From positions 43,188 through 107,187 of the forward strand of contig JACPKM010000001.1 of assembly GCA_016187025.1 (NCBI GenBank): DNA of 64,000 nt. Reading direction: 5' to 3'. This DNA is from Candidatus Daviesbacteria bacterium (GTDB taxonomy: Bacteria > Patescibacteriota > Microgenomatia > Daviesbacterales > UBA10151). The translations under genes were made by a program, and so were the position numbers. Below are positions 48,045-57,492 of the stretch, in pieces; within the stretch, counting starts at the first letter, position 1, and each line of letters opens with the position of its first letter. The notes beneath the pieces were generated by a model. It saw only the letters and a program-made list of their open reading frames with translations. It did no database searches and was not told the origin of the DNA.

Positions 48045-48446
48045 CTACATATCTAATTTCTTTGCTTCTTTACTGTCTATTTCTATTTGCCCTGCTTTTT
48101 GCTGCTGTCTCTTTCTTAAAGGATTAATACCGATGACAGCGTCAGCTATTCTATACCAAATACTTTTTCCTGTCACAGGCTTTAACACAGATTCTGCCTG
48201 ATGCAAAACATCACCTGCAGTAGGAAAAGCGTTTGCACCGACTTCATATTTTTGCATACCCTTTAGCTCCTCAGCAGTAAAAACTCTGCTTTCGGGTGTG
48301 ATAGGACTGGCTTGATGATTCTCAAAGGTAGGAACCATTTTTTTGGCATTAGCTACCACTGAGTTTACAAAATCCTCATCTCTTTTTTCAGGAGTTGTAA
48401 GTTTACTGGCTATAGCAACTGATTCATCAGGCGGATACTGTTCCAT
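48045..48446 (-). CDS. hypothetical protein
   Basis: 133-aa ORF co-oriented with the ATPase. Confidence 0.55.
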   Translation of the reverse strand: MEQYPPDESVAIASKLTTPEKRDEDFVNSVVANAKKMVPTFENHQASPITPESRVFTAEELKGMQKYEVGANAFPTAGDVLHQAESVLKPVTGKSIWYRIADAVIGINPLRKRQQQKAGQIEIDSKEAKKLDM

Positions 48447-48512
48447 AATTGATATTATCTCACATTTTTAAATTTGCAACTTGGAATATTTTGTATGATA
48501 GGATTATTCCAT

Positions 48513-49184
48513 ATGCAGTTAAAGGTGGTCTCAAAAAAGCAGATAGCAGGTACTGCTAGTTTAATATTAGAAAAACCGCTAAACTTTTCCTTTTACCCAG
48601 GACAATTTCTGGATATTTCTTTGCCAATCGAGGATAGAGACAAAAGAGGAAACACCAGAGCTTTTACCATTACCTCATCCCCTACAGAGAATTTTTTGCA
48701 AGTTACCTTCAGATCCGGAATTAGCAATTTTAAAAAACATCTGCAAAATCTAAAACCCGGAGATCAAATTTATGCCACCCATCCATCCGGAACATTTATC
48801 CTTGATGACACAGAACCAGCTGTTTTTATAGCTGGCGGGATTGGCATTACACCTTTTAGAAGCATGGTCAAATATGCTGTTGATAATAACTTAGAAACTC
48901 CCATAACTTTAATTTATTCCAATTCAAACCCGGACTTTCTGTTTAAAGAAGCGTTCAAGGAATGGCAAAAACAGCTACCCAATTTAAAAATTCACTATCA
49001 CGATTCTTCCCGGATAGGTCATCTAAATAAAGAGTCTCTTTCCCCATACTGCATAATTCATAATTCATCTCCCATCTTTTATCTCGCTGGCTCCTGGTCT
49101 TTTGTAGACGGTATGGAAAAGATTCTTTTAGATTTAGAGATTGATCCAACCAATATCCGCTACGACCGCTTTGACGGCTACTGA
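48513..49184 (+). CDS. FAD/NAD(P)-binding oxidoreductase (ferredoxin reductase-like)
   Basis: PGQF, RAFTITS, AGGIGITPF; likely start at 48513. Confidence 0.85.
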   Translation: MQLKVVSKKQIAGTASLILEKPLNFSFYPGQFLDISLPIEDRDKRGNTRAFTITSSPTENFLQVTFRSGISNFKKHLQNLKPGDQIYATHPSGTFILDDTEPAVFIAGGIGITPFRSMVKYAVDNNLETPITLIYSNSNPDFLFKEAFKEWQKQLPNLKIHYHDSSRIGHLNKESLSPYCIIHNSSPIFYLAGSWSFVDGMEKILLDLEIDPTNIRYDRFDGY

Positions 49185-49468
49185 TACCATATGACTTTTC
49201 CTAATATATCCTCTTCCTTTATCCAACCAAACGTTCTGCTATCAGTGCTCATCTTTTCATTATCTCCCAATATAAAAAGCTGGCGGTTATCCAGCATTTT
49301 TATACGCTTGACAATCTTTTTCCCATTTTTTGTAACTACCACTAAATCCCCTATTTTTAACCCCAATAGTTTCCACCAATTAAAACTTAAGATATCCTGA
49401 CCTGGTTTTAAAGTAGGGAGCATAGAGTTGCCGTATATAGTAAAACGGGAGAAAGGAGATAACTTCAC
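49178..49468 (-). CDS. sodX: nickel-SOD maturation protease (S26 family)
   Basis: GNSMLPTL, VKR, GDN..STDSR.FG; adjacent to sodN. Confidence 0.85.
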   Translation of the reverse strand: MKLSPFSRFTIYGNSMLPTLKPGQDILSFNWWKLLGLKIGDLVVVTKNGKKIVKRIKMLDNRQLFILGDNEKMSTDSRTFGWIKEEDILGKVIWYQ

Positions 49469-49893
49469 TTTTTAGAATCTTCAAAGGCTTGAGCAATTTT
49501 ATCTACTGCGTCTACCAGCTCTTGAGCTTTTAGTGCATCTACTCCTCTTTTGTTCTCAGAACAGAGTTTAGTTGTTTTCCAAACTAAATCATGCAAATCA
49601 GGGAATTTTTCCAAGTGTTCTGCTTTAAAATAGTCTGTCCACAAAATCAGTACCTCCCTCTTGCAAGTTTCTGCATGTTCTTCTTTGACCTTAACCATTC
49701 TGACAAAGTTGTTTCTGTCTGAAACTTCTGGATTCTCTCTTGGTAGCTGATTAATCTTTTGCACCATAGTTAAAACAGTCTTGGCCGCTAACTGTGCAGC
49801 GTGAGGATCATAGATTCCACAAGGAATATCACAATGAGCAAAGACTGGAGTAACTGGTAAAAGTTTATAAAGAGTATTCAGGATTTTACTCAC
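49465..49893 (-). CDS. sodN: nickel superoxide dismutase
   Basis: Ni-hook HCDIPCGIYDP after a prosequence; ILWTDYFK. Confidence 0.95.
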   Translation of the reverse strand: MSKILNTLYKLLPVTPVFAHCDIPCGIYDPHAAQLAAKTVLTMVQKINQLPRENPEVSDRNNFVRMVKVKEEHAETCKREVLILWTDYFKAEHLEKFPDLHDLVWKTTKLCSENKRGVDALKAQELVDAVDKIAQAFEDSKK

Positions 49894-49957
49894 ACATTTA
49901 TATTGTCTCCTTTCTAGGAAAATATTCAGTAATTAAAATTATAATAACGCCTGGCTT

Positions 49958-50614
49958 TTACCTCTGTTCTAACTTTCTTGAAAGTAACTCTCTCATAATA
50001 AGAATGTGTTCAGATGGAAAGGGATCTTCCTCCATGGTGCTCAAGCCTATTTGCCTTGCTACTTTTCTGCTGGCTATTCTCTCAACTACCTGCCTTGGGT
50101 CTGGTTCCTTATTGCTATGGAATCTAAGGTAATCTGCCTCTTGCCTTAACATATCTTCTACCTGACTGCGCGATCCATCCTCAAATGGATCTTTTATTAC
50201 AAATAGTTCTCTTGCTTCAGGTGGACAGGTTCTGTAAGCCCTGAGGAGTTTAATCCCCCTTCTAAGCAAATCAAAAACTTGTTCTATATGTTCTTTCTTA
50301 AGCGTGCCTCTGATACCTTGAACAGTGTAATACCCCCTTTCATTATCTTGAGGAAATACTGATATCAATATAAAGTGACCCTTACGAGAATACGGGGATG
50401 TGCTATTACTTATATCCACCCCAACTTTCCCTGTTGGGGAATAATTCTCCCGCGTTAGCTGAACTCCCAATGTCCACCTAAGTTGACTGGTAGCAGGATC
50501 AACCTCCGAAACGCTTATATTCCCTAGCTCCCCTCCTACTACTAATAATAAATTTTGGGATTGGGCTAATAACTCTCTAATTTCGCTTACTCTACTCCCT
50601 TCTTCTATACCCAT
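49958..50614 (-). CDS. hypothetical protein
   Basis: 218-aa ORF with TATAAT immediately upstream. Confidence 0.55.
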   Translation of the reverse strand: MGIEEGSRVSEIRELLAQSQNLLLVVGGELGNISVSEVDPATSQLRWTLGVQLTRENYSPTGKVGVDISNSTSPYSRKGHFILISVFPQDNERGYYTVQGIRGTLKKEHIEQVFDLLRRGIKLLRAYRTCPPEARELFVIKDPFEDGSRSQVEDMLRQEADYLRFHSNKEPDPRQVVERIASRKVARQIGLSTMEEDPFPSEHILIMRELLSRKLEQR

Positions 50615-50686
50615 TAATTTATTATACTCCGTCCATTTGCCAATCCTTCTGTAGGCAATTTCACTTTTTCCAAATATTCTCCTACA

Positions 50687-50965
50687 TCAAAGGCTGCTTA
50701 ATTTTTCTTTAATCCACATTCTAGCCAGGGTAGTTGGGCCTACTCCTTTATGAAATGCTTTCTCGCGTAGTTTTTGAATGTCCTTTGGAGTAAATCTGAT
50801 AGTCAGTGTATCTGTTTTATTTGCTTGATGGAACCCAACTAAAGTTCCCTCATTGATCTCATCCAGAGCAGAATGTGTATCCCAAAAGTTTGCCTCTTCT
50901 TCCAATGTCTTAAAAGGCTTCATAGGTTCCATTGTCCCAGTTTTAACTATCTTAATTTTTACCAT
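50687..50965 (-). CDS. CopG/BrnA-like antitoxin
   Basis: FKTLEEEANFWDTH..TIRF..GVGPTTLARMWI. Confidence 0.8.
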   Translation of the reverse strand: MVKIKIVKTGTMEPMKPFKTLEEEANFWDTHSALDEINEGTLVGFHQANKTDTLTIRFTPKDIQKLREKAFHKGVGPTTLARMWIKEKLSSL

Positions 50966-51287
50966 TTTGTTCTCCTACCGTTTGCAAAACAAATTCCCGA
51001 TAAAAGCTTCGTTCTTCTCTGCTAGCAGGTCTAGCTGTAACTAACCCGTAAACACCCTTTTTTCTTCTTGATCCGATTACTACAGTCAGAAATCTGCCCG
51101 CTTTAGTCTTACCAATTAAAAGTAATTTATTTTCTCTACCTTTAATATAAACATAATTTTCATCGATAACTTCTCTTGCTTCCGATACCTTTACATGATG
51201 TTTCGCGATATGCTTATATCTGCTCTTTTCAACAATTAGTTGCTCAATTACAATATTCATTGTAACACATTGTCTTACACAAATCAA
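50952..51287 (-). CDS. BrnT-like toxin
   Basis: HIAKH.V...EA.EV..GKT..GR.L.VV..VTAR....ER..Y; start may be at 51260. Confidence 0.78.
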   Translation of the reverse strand: MICVRQCVTMNIVIEQLIVEKSRYKHIAKHHVKVSEAREVIDENYVYIKGRENKLLLIGKTKAGRFLTVVIGSRRKKGVYGLVTARPASREERSFYREFVLQTVGEQNGKN

Positions 51288-52216
51288 CCTTTTAGATTTT
51301 CCAAATATTCCTCCACATCTAAGGCAGCCTTAGTACCCATTCCTGCTGCTGTGACTGCTTGTTTATATCTTTTGTCTGCCACATCTCCTGCAAAAAATAC
51401 CCCTTGTACTGAAGTTTGCGTTTCATCACGGACTATAATATAACCTTTTTCATCCAGCTCCAGCTGGCCTTTTAAAAAACCTGTATTGGGTTTGTGCCCA
51501 ATTGCAACAAATACCCCCTCGATATCCAACGTGGTCATCTCAGAAGTCTTAACATTTTTAAGTTTTACCCCTGTAACTTTTTCCTCACCTAATACCTCTT
51601 CTACTATTGAGTCCCAAATAAACTTAACATTAGGCTTTGACTTGACTAGGTCTTGCAAAGCAGGCTGAGCCCTAAGAGAGTCTCTTCTATGAACTAGAGT
51701 AACTGACTTGCAATGTTTAGATAGATGCTGGGCTTCTCTCATCGCAGCATCCCCCCCTCCAACCACAATTACATTTTTGCCTTTAAAAAATAACGCATCA
51801 CAAACTGCGCAAGCAGAAACCCCTTTCCCTCTTAATCTTTGTTCAGAAGAAAGTCCAAGCCACATAGCTGAGGCACCTGTTGCAATTATTACCGAATCTG
51901 CTTTAATCTCCTGAGTTTCAGTTTTAATAGTGAAAGGTTTTTGCCTAAAATCAACGGATAAAACGTCTTCCGCCACAAAACGGGTATCAAATCTTTCGGC
52001 TTGCTGCCTCATTCTCATCATCAACTCAGGTCCCCCAATACCCTCCGGAAAACCAGGGAAATCATCGACATCAGTTGTTAGCATCAACTGCCCTCCGGCT
52101 TCTCTACCGGCAACAACTAAAGGATTTAGGTTACCCCGGGCTGTGTAAATTGCTGCAGTAAGACCCGCAGGCCCAGATCCAATGATAACAAGCTTTTCAA
52201 CTTGGGTATCTTTCAT
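51284..52216 (-). CDS. trxB: thioredoxin reductase
   Basis: GSGPAG, CAVCD, GGGDAA, AGDV. Confidence 0.95.
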   Translation of the reverse strand: MKDTQVEKLVIIGSGPAGLTAAIYTARGNLNPLVVAGREAGGQLMLTTDVDDFPGFPEGIGGPELMMRMRQQAERFDTRFVAEDVLSVDFRQKPFTIKTETQEIKADSVIIATGASAMWLGLSSEQRLRGKGVSACAVCDALFFKGKNVIVVGGGDAAMREAQHLSKHCKSVTLVHRRDSLRAQPALQDLVKSKPNVKFIWDSIVEEVLGEEKVTGVKLKNVKTSEMTTLDIEGVFVAIGHKPNTGFLKGQLELDEKGYIIVRDETQTSVQGVFFAGDVADKRYKQAVTAAGMGTKAALDVEEYLENLKG

Positions 52217-52225
52217 TACTTCTCT

Positions 52226-52450
52226 CTACCTTCTCCTAGAGCTTGGCGTTGATTCTCTAGCTGAGGAGGTTGCTGTAGCAGAAGGCGAAGCTTCTATCAC
52301 GCCCATAGCAGTAGGGGTTGGTGTAACCTCTACTTCCTGGTTAACCTGGGGTGAAACTGGAGGCTGAAATCGACCTCTGAGCCACACCAGATATCCGGCT
52401 ATTACAACTAAAACAAGGATAATAACGACTATTGTTACGTTTCGGGTCAC
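52226..52450 (-). CDS. small membrane protein
   Basis: N-terminal TM segment, Ser/Thr/Pro-rich tail; GGAGG upstream. Confidence 0.6.
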   Translation of the reverse strand: MTRNVTIVVIILVLVVIAGYLVWLRGRFQPPVSPQVNQEVEVTPTPTAMGVIEASPSATATSSARESTPSSRRR

Positions 52451-52489
52451 CTACTTAACACCTCCTTCGGACAGAAAGCTAAGGTTATC

Positions 52490-53164
52490 TTACACAAAGG
52501 TGGCCTTTGTTTCAACACTTTTATTTTTGGGTAAGATCAAAGCTGCAGCCAAAACCCCAAAGGCCACGCCTAAAATAGCTCCCCCTACCACATCAGAAAA
52601 CCAGTGCTCTCCTAAATAAATCCGTGTTAATGCCATAAAAAAGGCTAGGCCAACAAGAGCAGATAAGATAATGAACTTAACAAAAAGATTCATTGATGAA
52701 AACATCACCAAAAGAATGAATACTGTGATTAGAAAGTAAGTTCTGGCAACATGTCCTGAAGGGTAGGAAAAATTAGTATGAATGTAAAAACTTGGCAAGT
52801 GTGTTTCTATCACAGACCTATGCATAAAAACAGGAGTTCCGGGATGGTATAAAACAAGCTTACCAAAAATTTCAGCTGTTGTTGCAGGCACTATTAACAA
52901 CCATCCTACAAATGCCCAAAATTTAAGCCTTAAGATAGCCAAAAAAGCCATTACTAAAGCTATCCCCACTGTTATCTCTGCGCTTCCCAGTAATGAAAAG
53001 GAGGAGAATTCATCATCAAACGATCTCGGTATTCTGTCTTGTAACTTTACCGTAGTATCAAAATCCAGCTGAGTCCACATCTCTTTGGCAACTGTATAGG
53101 AGGCAATGGTAAATAGGATCAGGCAACCAACAAAAATTAACCACAAAAAAAGTTTTGATTTCAT
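52490..53164 (-). CDS. PAP2-family phosphatase
   Basis: SYPSGH, TRIYLGEHWFSDV. Confidence 0.88.
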   Translation of the reverse strand: MKSKLFLWLIFVGCLILFTIASYTVAKEMWTQLDFDTTVKLQDRIPRSFDDEFSSFSLLGSAEITVGIALVMAFLAILRLKFWAFVGWLLIVPATTAEIFGKLVLYHPGTPVFMHRSVIETHLPSFYIHTNFSYPSGHVARTYFLITVFILLVMFSSMNLFVKFIILSALVGLAFFMALTRIYLGEHWFSDVVGGAILGVAFGVLAAALILPKNKSVETKATFV

Positions 53165-53174
53165 CGAAGATAAA

Positions 53175-53627
53175 CTACTCTGCCACTACACTACCACGCA
53201 AGGAAGCATTTAAATGATCATGATACCGGAAACTTCCCTTATCAGGAAAAGCTAAAGAACGTTTTTCTCCTGGCTTTAACAAATCTATTGTATTTAAGGG
53301 AGGATAATCTGTGTGTTGTGGGTGGGGAGAAGAATCTACCTGATGAGGCGCAGAGTCGTTATTTACCCAGGTGACAGTTTGCCCTGCTTTAATGCTAACG
53401 GTTTGGGGAGAAAAACCAGCTTTTGTAATCATTACAATAGCTTCTTGTTGTTGTGCAGAAGAAGAGGATTCCCCAGTTGCAGCCGGAGATGGAGTTACAG
53501 AAACATTGGTCTTAGAAGGTGTTTGCTGGGAAAGAGTCTGACTTTTACCAGAGTTAACAACAAGAAAGTATCCTACAATCAAAACAACTAAAACTATCCC
53601 CAAACCAACCACTAAGTTTCTGTTCAT
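53175..53627 (-). CDS. membrane-anchored cupredoxin-fold protein with atypical ligands
   Basis: FSP..I.AG.TV.W.N.D..PH; YHDHL replaces the usual C-x-x-H. Confidence 0.8.
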   Translation of the reverse strand: MNRNLVVGLGIVLVVLIVGYFLVVNSGKSQTLSQQTPSKTNVSVTPSPAATGESSSSAQQQEAIVMITKAGFSPQTVSIKAGQTVTWVNNDSAPHQVDSSPHPQHTDYPPLNTIDLLKPGEKRSLAFPDKGSFRYHDHLNASLRGSVVAE

Positions 53628-53692
53628 ATCTTATCTTAATAATTAACATATCTTCAACTGAAAGTCCATTGTCTATTATTTTGAGGACTTGT

Positions 53693-53890
53693 TCATTTTT
53701 TCTTTAGTACCGGTAAACCAGTTTTTTGCACCTCCATTGCCTCAAATCCCTGAGGTAGCTCAATTGCATTTGAACCCATTTCCCGGGAAAAATAATATAT
53801 AGTTTGTTTTTTACCACTACCCCGCAGGATAACTTCTTTGCTATGCAAATAGTACTTTTGACCTCTTGAATTAGTGAAGTCGTAGGCCAT
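53693..53890 (-). CDS. small conserved basic protein
   Basis: NSRGQKYYLH..IYYFS..TGLPVLKK; AGGAGG RBS. Confidence 0.7.
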   Translation of the reverse strand: MAYDFTNSRGQKYYLHSKEVILRGSGKKQTIYYFSREMGSNAIELPQGFEAMEVQKTGLPVLKKK

Positions 53891-53911
53891 ATATACTAAT
53901 TTTCACCTCCT

Positions 53912-54172
53912 TTAAGTTTTATTTAAAACTCTTCCCATAAACAAAAGCAGTAAAGACCCAGCTATTGCAACCAGAAAAGTTTGGAGGTTAAAGACAGTTA
54001 CACTAACTCCAAATAATAAATTTCCCAAAAAGCCTCCCAGCAATGCCCCGGCAATTCCTAAAATAATTACGCCAAGAATCCCTCCTTTAGCAGGAGAAGG
54101 ATCAATTAAGTTTGCCACTACACCAGCTATAAATCCCAATACAATCCAAGATAGGACATTCATATAAAGCAT
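53912..54172 (-). CDS. GlsB/YeaQ/YmgE family membrane protein
   Basis: WIVLGFIAG..GIAGALLGG. Confidence 0.85.
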   Translation of the reverse strand: MLYMNVLSWIVLGFIAGVVANLIDPSPAKGGILGVIILGIAGALLGGFLGNLLFGVSVTVFNLQTFLVAIAGSLLLLFMGRVLNKT

Positions 54173-54318
54173 ATTAATTTATCCCAATAAGAGAACAAAT
54201 AATTTTTTGTAAGAGTTAGGCAATAAATATACTGTTTTTTTTCTAAAAAATGTAAGAAAATTGCAATAATAACCTAGAGGGCCTTGCAGATTCTTTATAG
54301 TGGACGTTATAATCTCTC

Positions 54319-54993
54319 TTGATGGCTAAATCTATATTAATAGTCGAGGATGACACCGGCTTACAAAAGTATCTCAAAGAACTACTGCTTGATAACGGCT
54401 TTGTTGCCCAAATTGCTCCTGATGGAGTGACTGCTTTAAATAGCATATCTAAACTCCCACCTGATTTAGTAATTCTTGATTTGGGACTACCTAATATGAG
54501 CGGAGAAGCAGTGTGCTTGGAATTAAAGAAAAAGTATCCTCAAATCCCTGTAATAATTTTGACTGCAAAAGATAGTGTTTCTGATATTGTGCAAGGGCTA
54601 AATATGGGTGCAGATGACTATATGACCAAACCATTTGTAGCTGATGAGCTGCTTGCCAGAATAAAAGCAAGGCTGCGGATTAGTGGTGCAAGTGATGTAA
54701 CACTAAAAATTGCAGATTTAGAGCTGGACAACAATACTCTGGAGGTAAAACGGGATGGAAAAAATATCCAGCTTACCCCCCAAGAGTTTAAATTACTTCA
54801 GTATCTGATGAACAATAAAGGGAGGATTTTAACGCGGGAGATGATTTTAAACAGAGTCTGGCTTTACTCACAAGATATTGAAACCAGAGTGGTTGATGTA
54901 TACATGGGATATTTAAGGAAAAAGGTTGATAATGGTTGGGATAAAAAGCTTCTTCACTCTGTCAGGGGCTTTGGGTATATGATTAAAGAATAA
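54319..54993 (+). CDS. OmpR-family response regulator
   Basis: VEDD, LDLGLP, GADDY.TKPF, wHTH ending VRGFGY. Confidence 0.95.
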   Translation: MMAKSILIVEDDTGLQKYLKELLLDNGFVAQIAPDGVTALNSISKLPPDLVILDLGLPNMSGEAVCLELKKKYPQIPVIILTAKDSVSDIVQGLNMGADDYMTKPFVADELLARIKARLRISGASDVTLKIADLELDNNTLEVKRDGKNIQLTPQEFKLLQYLMNNKGRILTREMILNRVWLYSQDIETRVVDVYMGYLRKKVDNGWDKKLLHSVRGFGYMIKE

Positions 54994-54994
54994 C

Positions 54995-56164
54995 TTAACC
55001 AGTCTTCCGGGCCAGCAATCCAATGGGTTGATAAATATTTGTATTATTAAGATACGGGATCAGAACTACTCTCCCCTGCTCTGAGTCAGGTGGGATTCCT
55101 AACGCTTCCTCCTGATACTCCTGAGAGTAAGCTAATTTCATGGCGTACAAATGCCGGTAATATACATTCACCATGGGAAATGAGCGGGGTAAAGAGGCTC
55201 TTATGGCTTTTTTTTCATTCCCTGGTAACCCTGACCAGTTCATAACCTCTGTCTCGAATTGTAATCTGACTTTTTCAAACCTTCCCGGACGCGCCCCTTC
55301 ACGGATTGCAACTAAGGAAGAAAGAGAACCTAAATCTGTAATAAGATTAAACCGTGCTAAGAAAAACTCTACCTCCTCCTCTTCTTCTGCGGTAAGTTTT
55401 ATATTGTGTACATTCTCATATGTTATTTTTGGTGGTTTTCCCCGAGCTGATAAAAATTTTAATATTAAATCTGTAGACCCATTTCTAAGATTCAGGGCGG
55501 TATCTTGAATATCCGAATTACCTGGCACTACTAAAGATAAAATATTTTCAGGAAACTGCCGGAAGACATCACCAAGGTGGGCTGCTAGTCTACCCTCTTT
55601 TCCAATCCCTGCTATATCACCTACAACTTCTCTAGCAACATTTAGTCTTAATCTCTGGGCGAAGGGATGAGGGTCTGCCGGTCTTGATGCCCTCTGAATT
55701 GCCTCTTGTAGGTGTGATGCTATGTGTTGAGCTGCCCAATTCCAGATAGGAGGAGTCCATTTACCTCTATCACACTCTTCATCTGGGCCAATAGGTGTTA
55801 TTGAGTTACCTGCAAAATCTCTTCCTTGCCTCATCTCAGCAGTCAGCGTTGCTTCTGATAGTGAGACACTAGTTCCAGAAGTAATTGCTGTTAACCAAAT
55901 ACGCCCAACACTTCTATGCAGCAATTCCTGTGCAAGCTGGCTAGTTAAAGTGGTCTTACCTGCACCTGACTCCCCTGATATTACTACACCAACAACTCTA
56001 GGATCCTGCAATCTGCTAAATAACCAGGGAGCCAGTGGTTCGCCCCGCGAAGTTATTGCACTGTATAAAACCTCAGCTTGTCCGGCTCGAGGGCCTTTTT
56101 CAAGTTTCAGTGGAATTCTACCCTCACCGGTTTGCTTAAGTACTTCAGGTCCAACTATACTCAT
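54995..56164 (-). CDS. hypothetical P-loop protein
   Basis: VVISGESGAGKTT Walker A; start overlaps the kinase stop codon. Confidence 0.55.
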   Translation of the reverse strand: MSIVGPEVLKQTGEGRIPLKLEKGPRAGQAEVLYSAITSRGEPLAPWLFSRLQDPRVVGVVISGESGAGKTTLTSQLAQELLHRSVGRIWLTAITSGTSVSLSEATLTAEMRQGRDFAGNSITPIGPDEECDRGKWTPPIWNWAAQHIASHLQEAIQRASRPADPHPFAQRLRLNVAREVVGDIAGIGKEGRLAAHLGDVFRQFPENILSLVVPGNSDIQDTALNLRNGSTDLILKFLSARGKPPKITYENVHNIKLTAEEEEEVEFFLARFNLITDLGSLSSLVAIREGARPGRFEKVRLQFETEVMNWSGLPGNEKKAIRASLPRSFPMVNVYYRHLYAMKLAYSQEYQEEALGIPPDSEQGRVVLIPYLNNTNIYQPIGLLARKTG

Positions 56165-57330
56165 GGTTTTAATTTGGGCAAAGAGACTTCTACTCTTGTG
56201 CCTTGGTTAGGTTTAGAATGAATTTTTAACTTTCCATGAAGTCTGGTCACAATATCTTTTACCAAAAAAAGACCCAACCCCAACCCTTCTCTATCATGTC
56301 CTTTACCATGATGGAATCCTTCAAGAATTTTGGATATATCTTGTTTATGAATACCTATTCCCTGATCTTGAACCTGAACAACAAGGTAAGAGTTTTTATG
56401 GTTTAAGGTAATAAGAACTTGTGTATTTGACTGTGAAAATTTCACTGCATTATCAACCAGATTAGTAAACACCTGAAGAATCTTATCATAGTCTCCAATT
56501 ACCTGGTCTGAACTGTTACCCAGCTCATCTTCAATTTCTAATTTCCTTTCAGGATGGGAGAATTTAAAATCTGAACAAACTCTGACTAAAATGTCTCTTA
56601 GTTTACATTCTTTCAGATAGTATTGAAACTTACCATTCTTAATATTATTAATCTCAAGTAATTCGTTTACCAAAAGAGTTAATCTGTTTGTTTCCCAATA
56701 TAGCTGCTCTACCCACCTTGATTCTGGTGTATTTGCACCACCTAACTTGCTTTTTAGAAGCTGTGCGTATCCATTTACTGAAGTTAAAGGAGTTCTTAAC
56801 TCGTGAGCAGCCATCGAGATAAACAAATCCCTTGTTTCCAGAGCCTTTCTGGTTTCATCATATAGCTGTGTTTTGCGAATAGAAAGTGTTGCCAAAGGGG
56901 TAAACAACCGTAATATCTTATATGTTTTTTCACTAAAGTATTGCTTCTTAGTTGACTGCAAAGCCAATACCCCAATTGAAATATTACGATATGAAAGTGG
57001 TGCTGCAATGATAGAATGAATATTGACTTGTTTTAAAAAAGGATGGATCCGGGACAAGTGAGAAACATTTAGAATCTTCATTTTCTGTTGTTTAAATACC
57101 TGATACATTGATCCTCTAGGGCGGTTTTTAATCTTATAAAAACCTGGGGAACTAGCATATACCCGCTCAAGTCCATTTTTTCCATCCAAAAAAAGAGAGC
57201 CATATTCAGCGTCTAATAATTTAATTGATTCATCTACAATAAGCTTATGTGTTACTTCCGGGGTAAGAGGAACTAAAAATTTTAACCCTGATTTGTAAAT
57301 TTTTTCCAGTACATCATCATTCATTGCCAT
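56161..57330 (-). CDS. cytoplasmic GAF-domain sensor histidine kinase
   Basis: GAF domain, AHELRTPLT, NLVDNAVKF, DQGIG, GLGLGL. Confidence 0.92.
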   Translation of the reverse strand: MAMNDDVLEKIYKSGLKFLVPLTPEVTHKLIVDESIKLLDAEYGSLFLDGKNGLERVYASSPGFYKIKNRPRGSMYQVFKQQKMKILNVSHLSRIHPFLKQVNIHSIIAAPLSYRNISIGVLALQSTKKQYFSEKTYKILRLFTPLATLSIRKTQLYDETRKALETRDLFISMAAHELRTPLTSVNGYAQLLKSKLGGANTPESRWVEQLYWETNRLTLLVNELLEINNIKNGKFQYYLKECKLRDILVRVCSDFKFSHPERKLEIEDELGNSSDQVIGDYDKILQVFTNLVDNAVKFSQSNTQVLITLNHKNSYLVVQVQDQGIGIHKQDISKILEGFHHGKGHDREGLGLGLFLVKDIVTRLHGKLKIHSKPNQGTRVEVSLPKLKP

Positions 57331-57492
57331 ATATTCTAATCCTATAATGTTTTATTGGCAAGGTTAATATCTGTATGACTTGTGTAAGATATTGGTAAAT
57401 AAATTGTAAATCCAGTATCTTTTTCTTAATTCTTACCTGATTATTATTTACTTTTTATCCCTTATTTTTACAATGTGTGAGATAAATTACTT

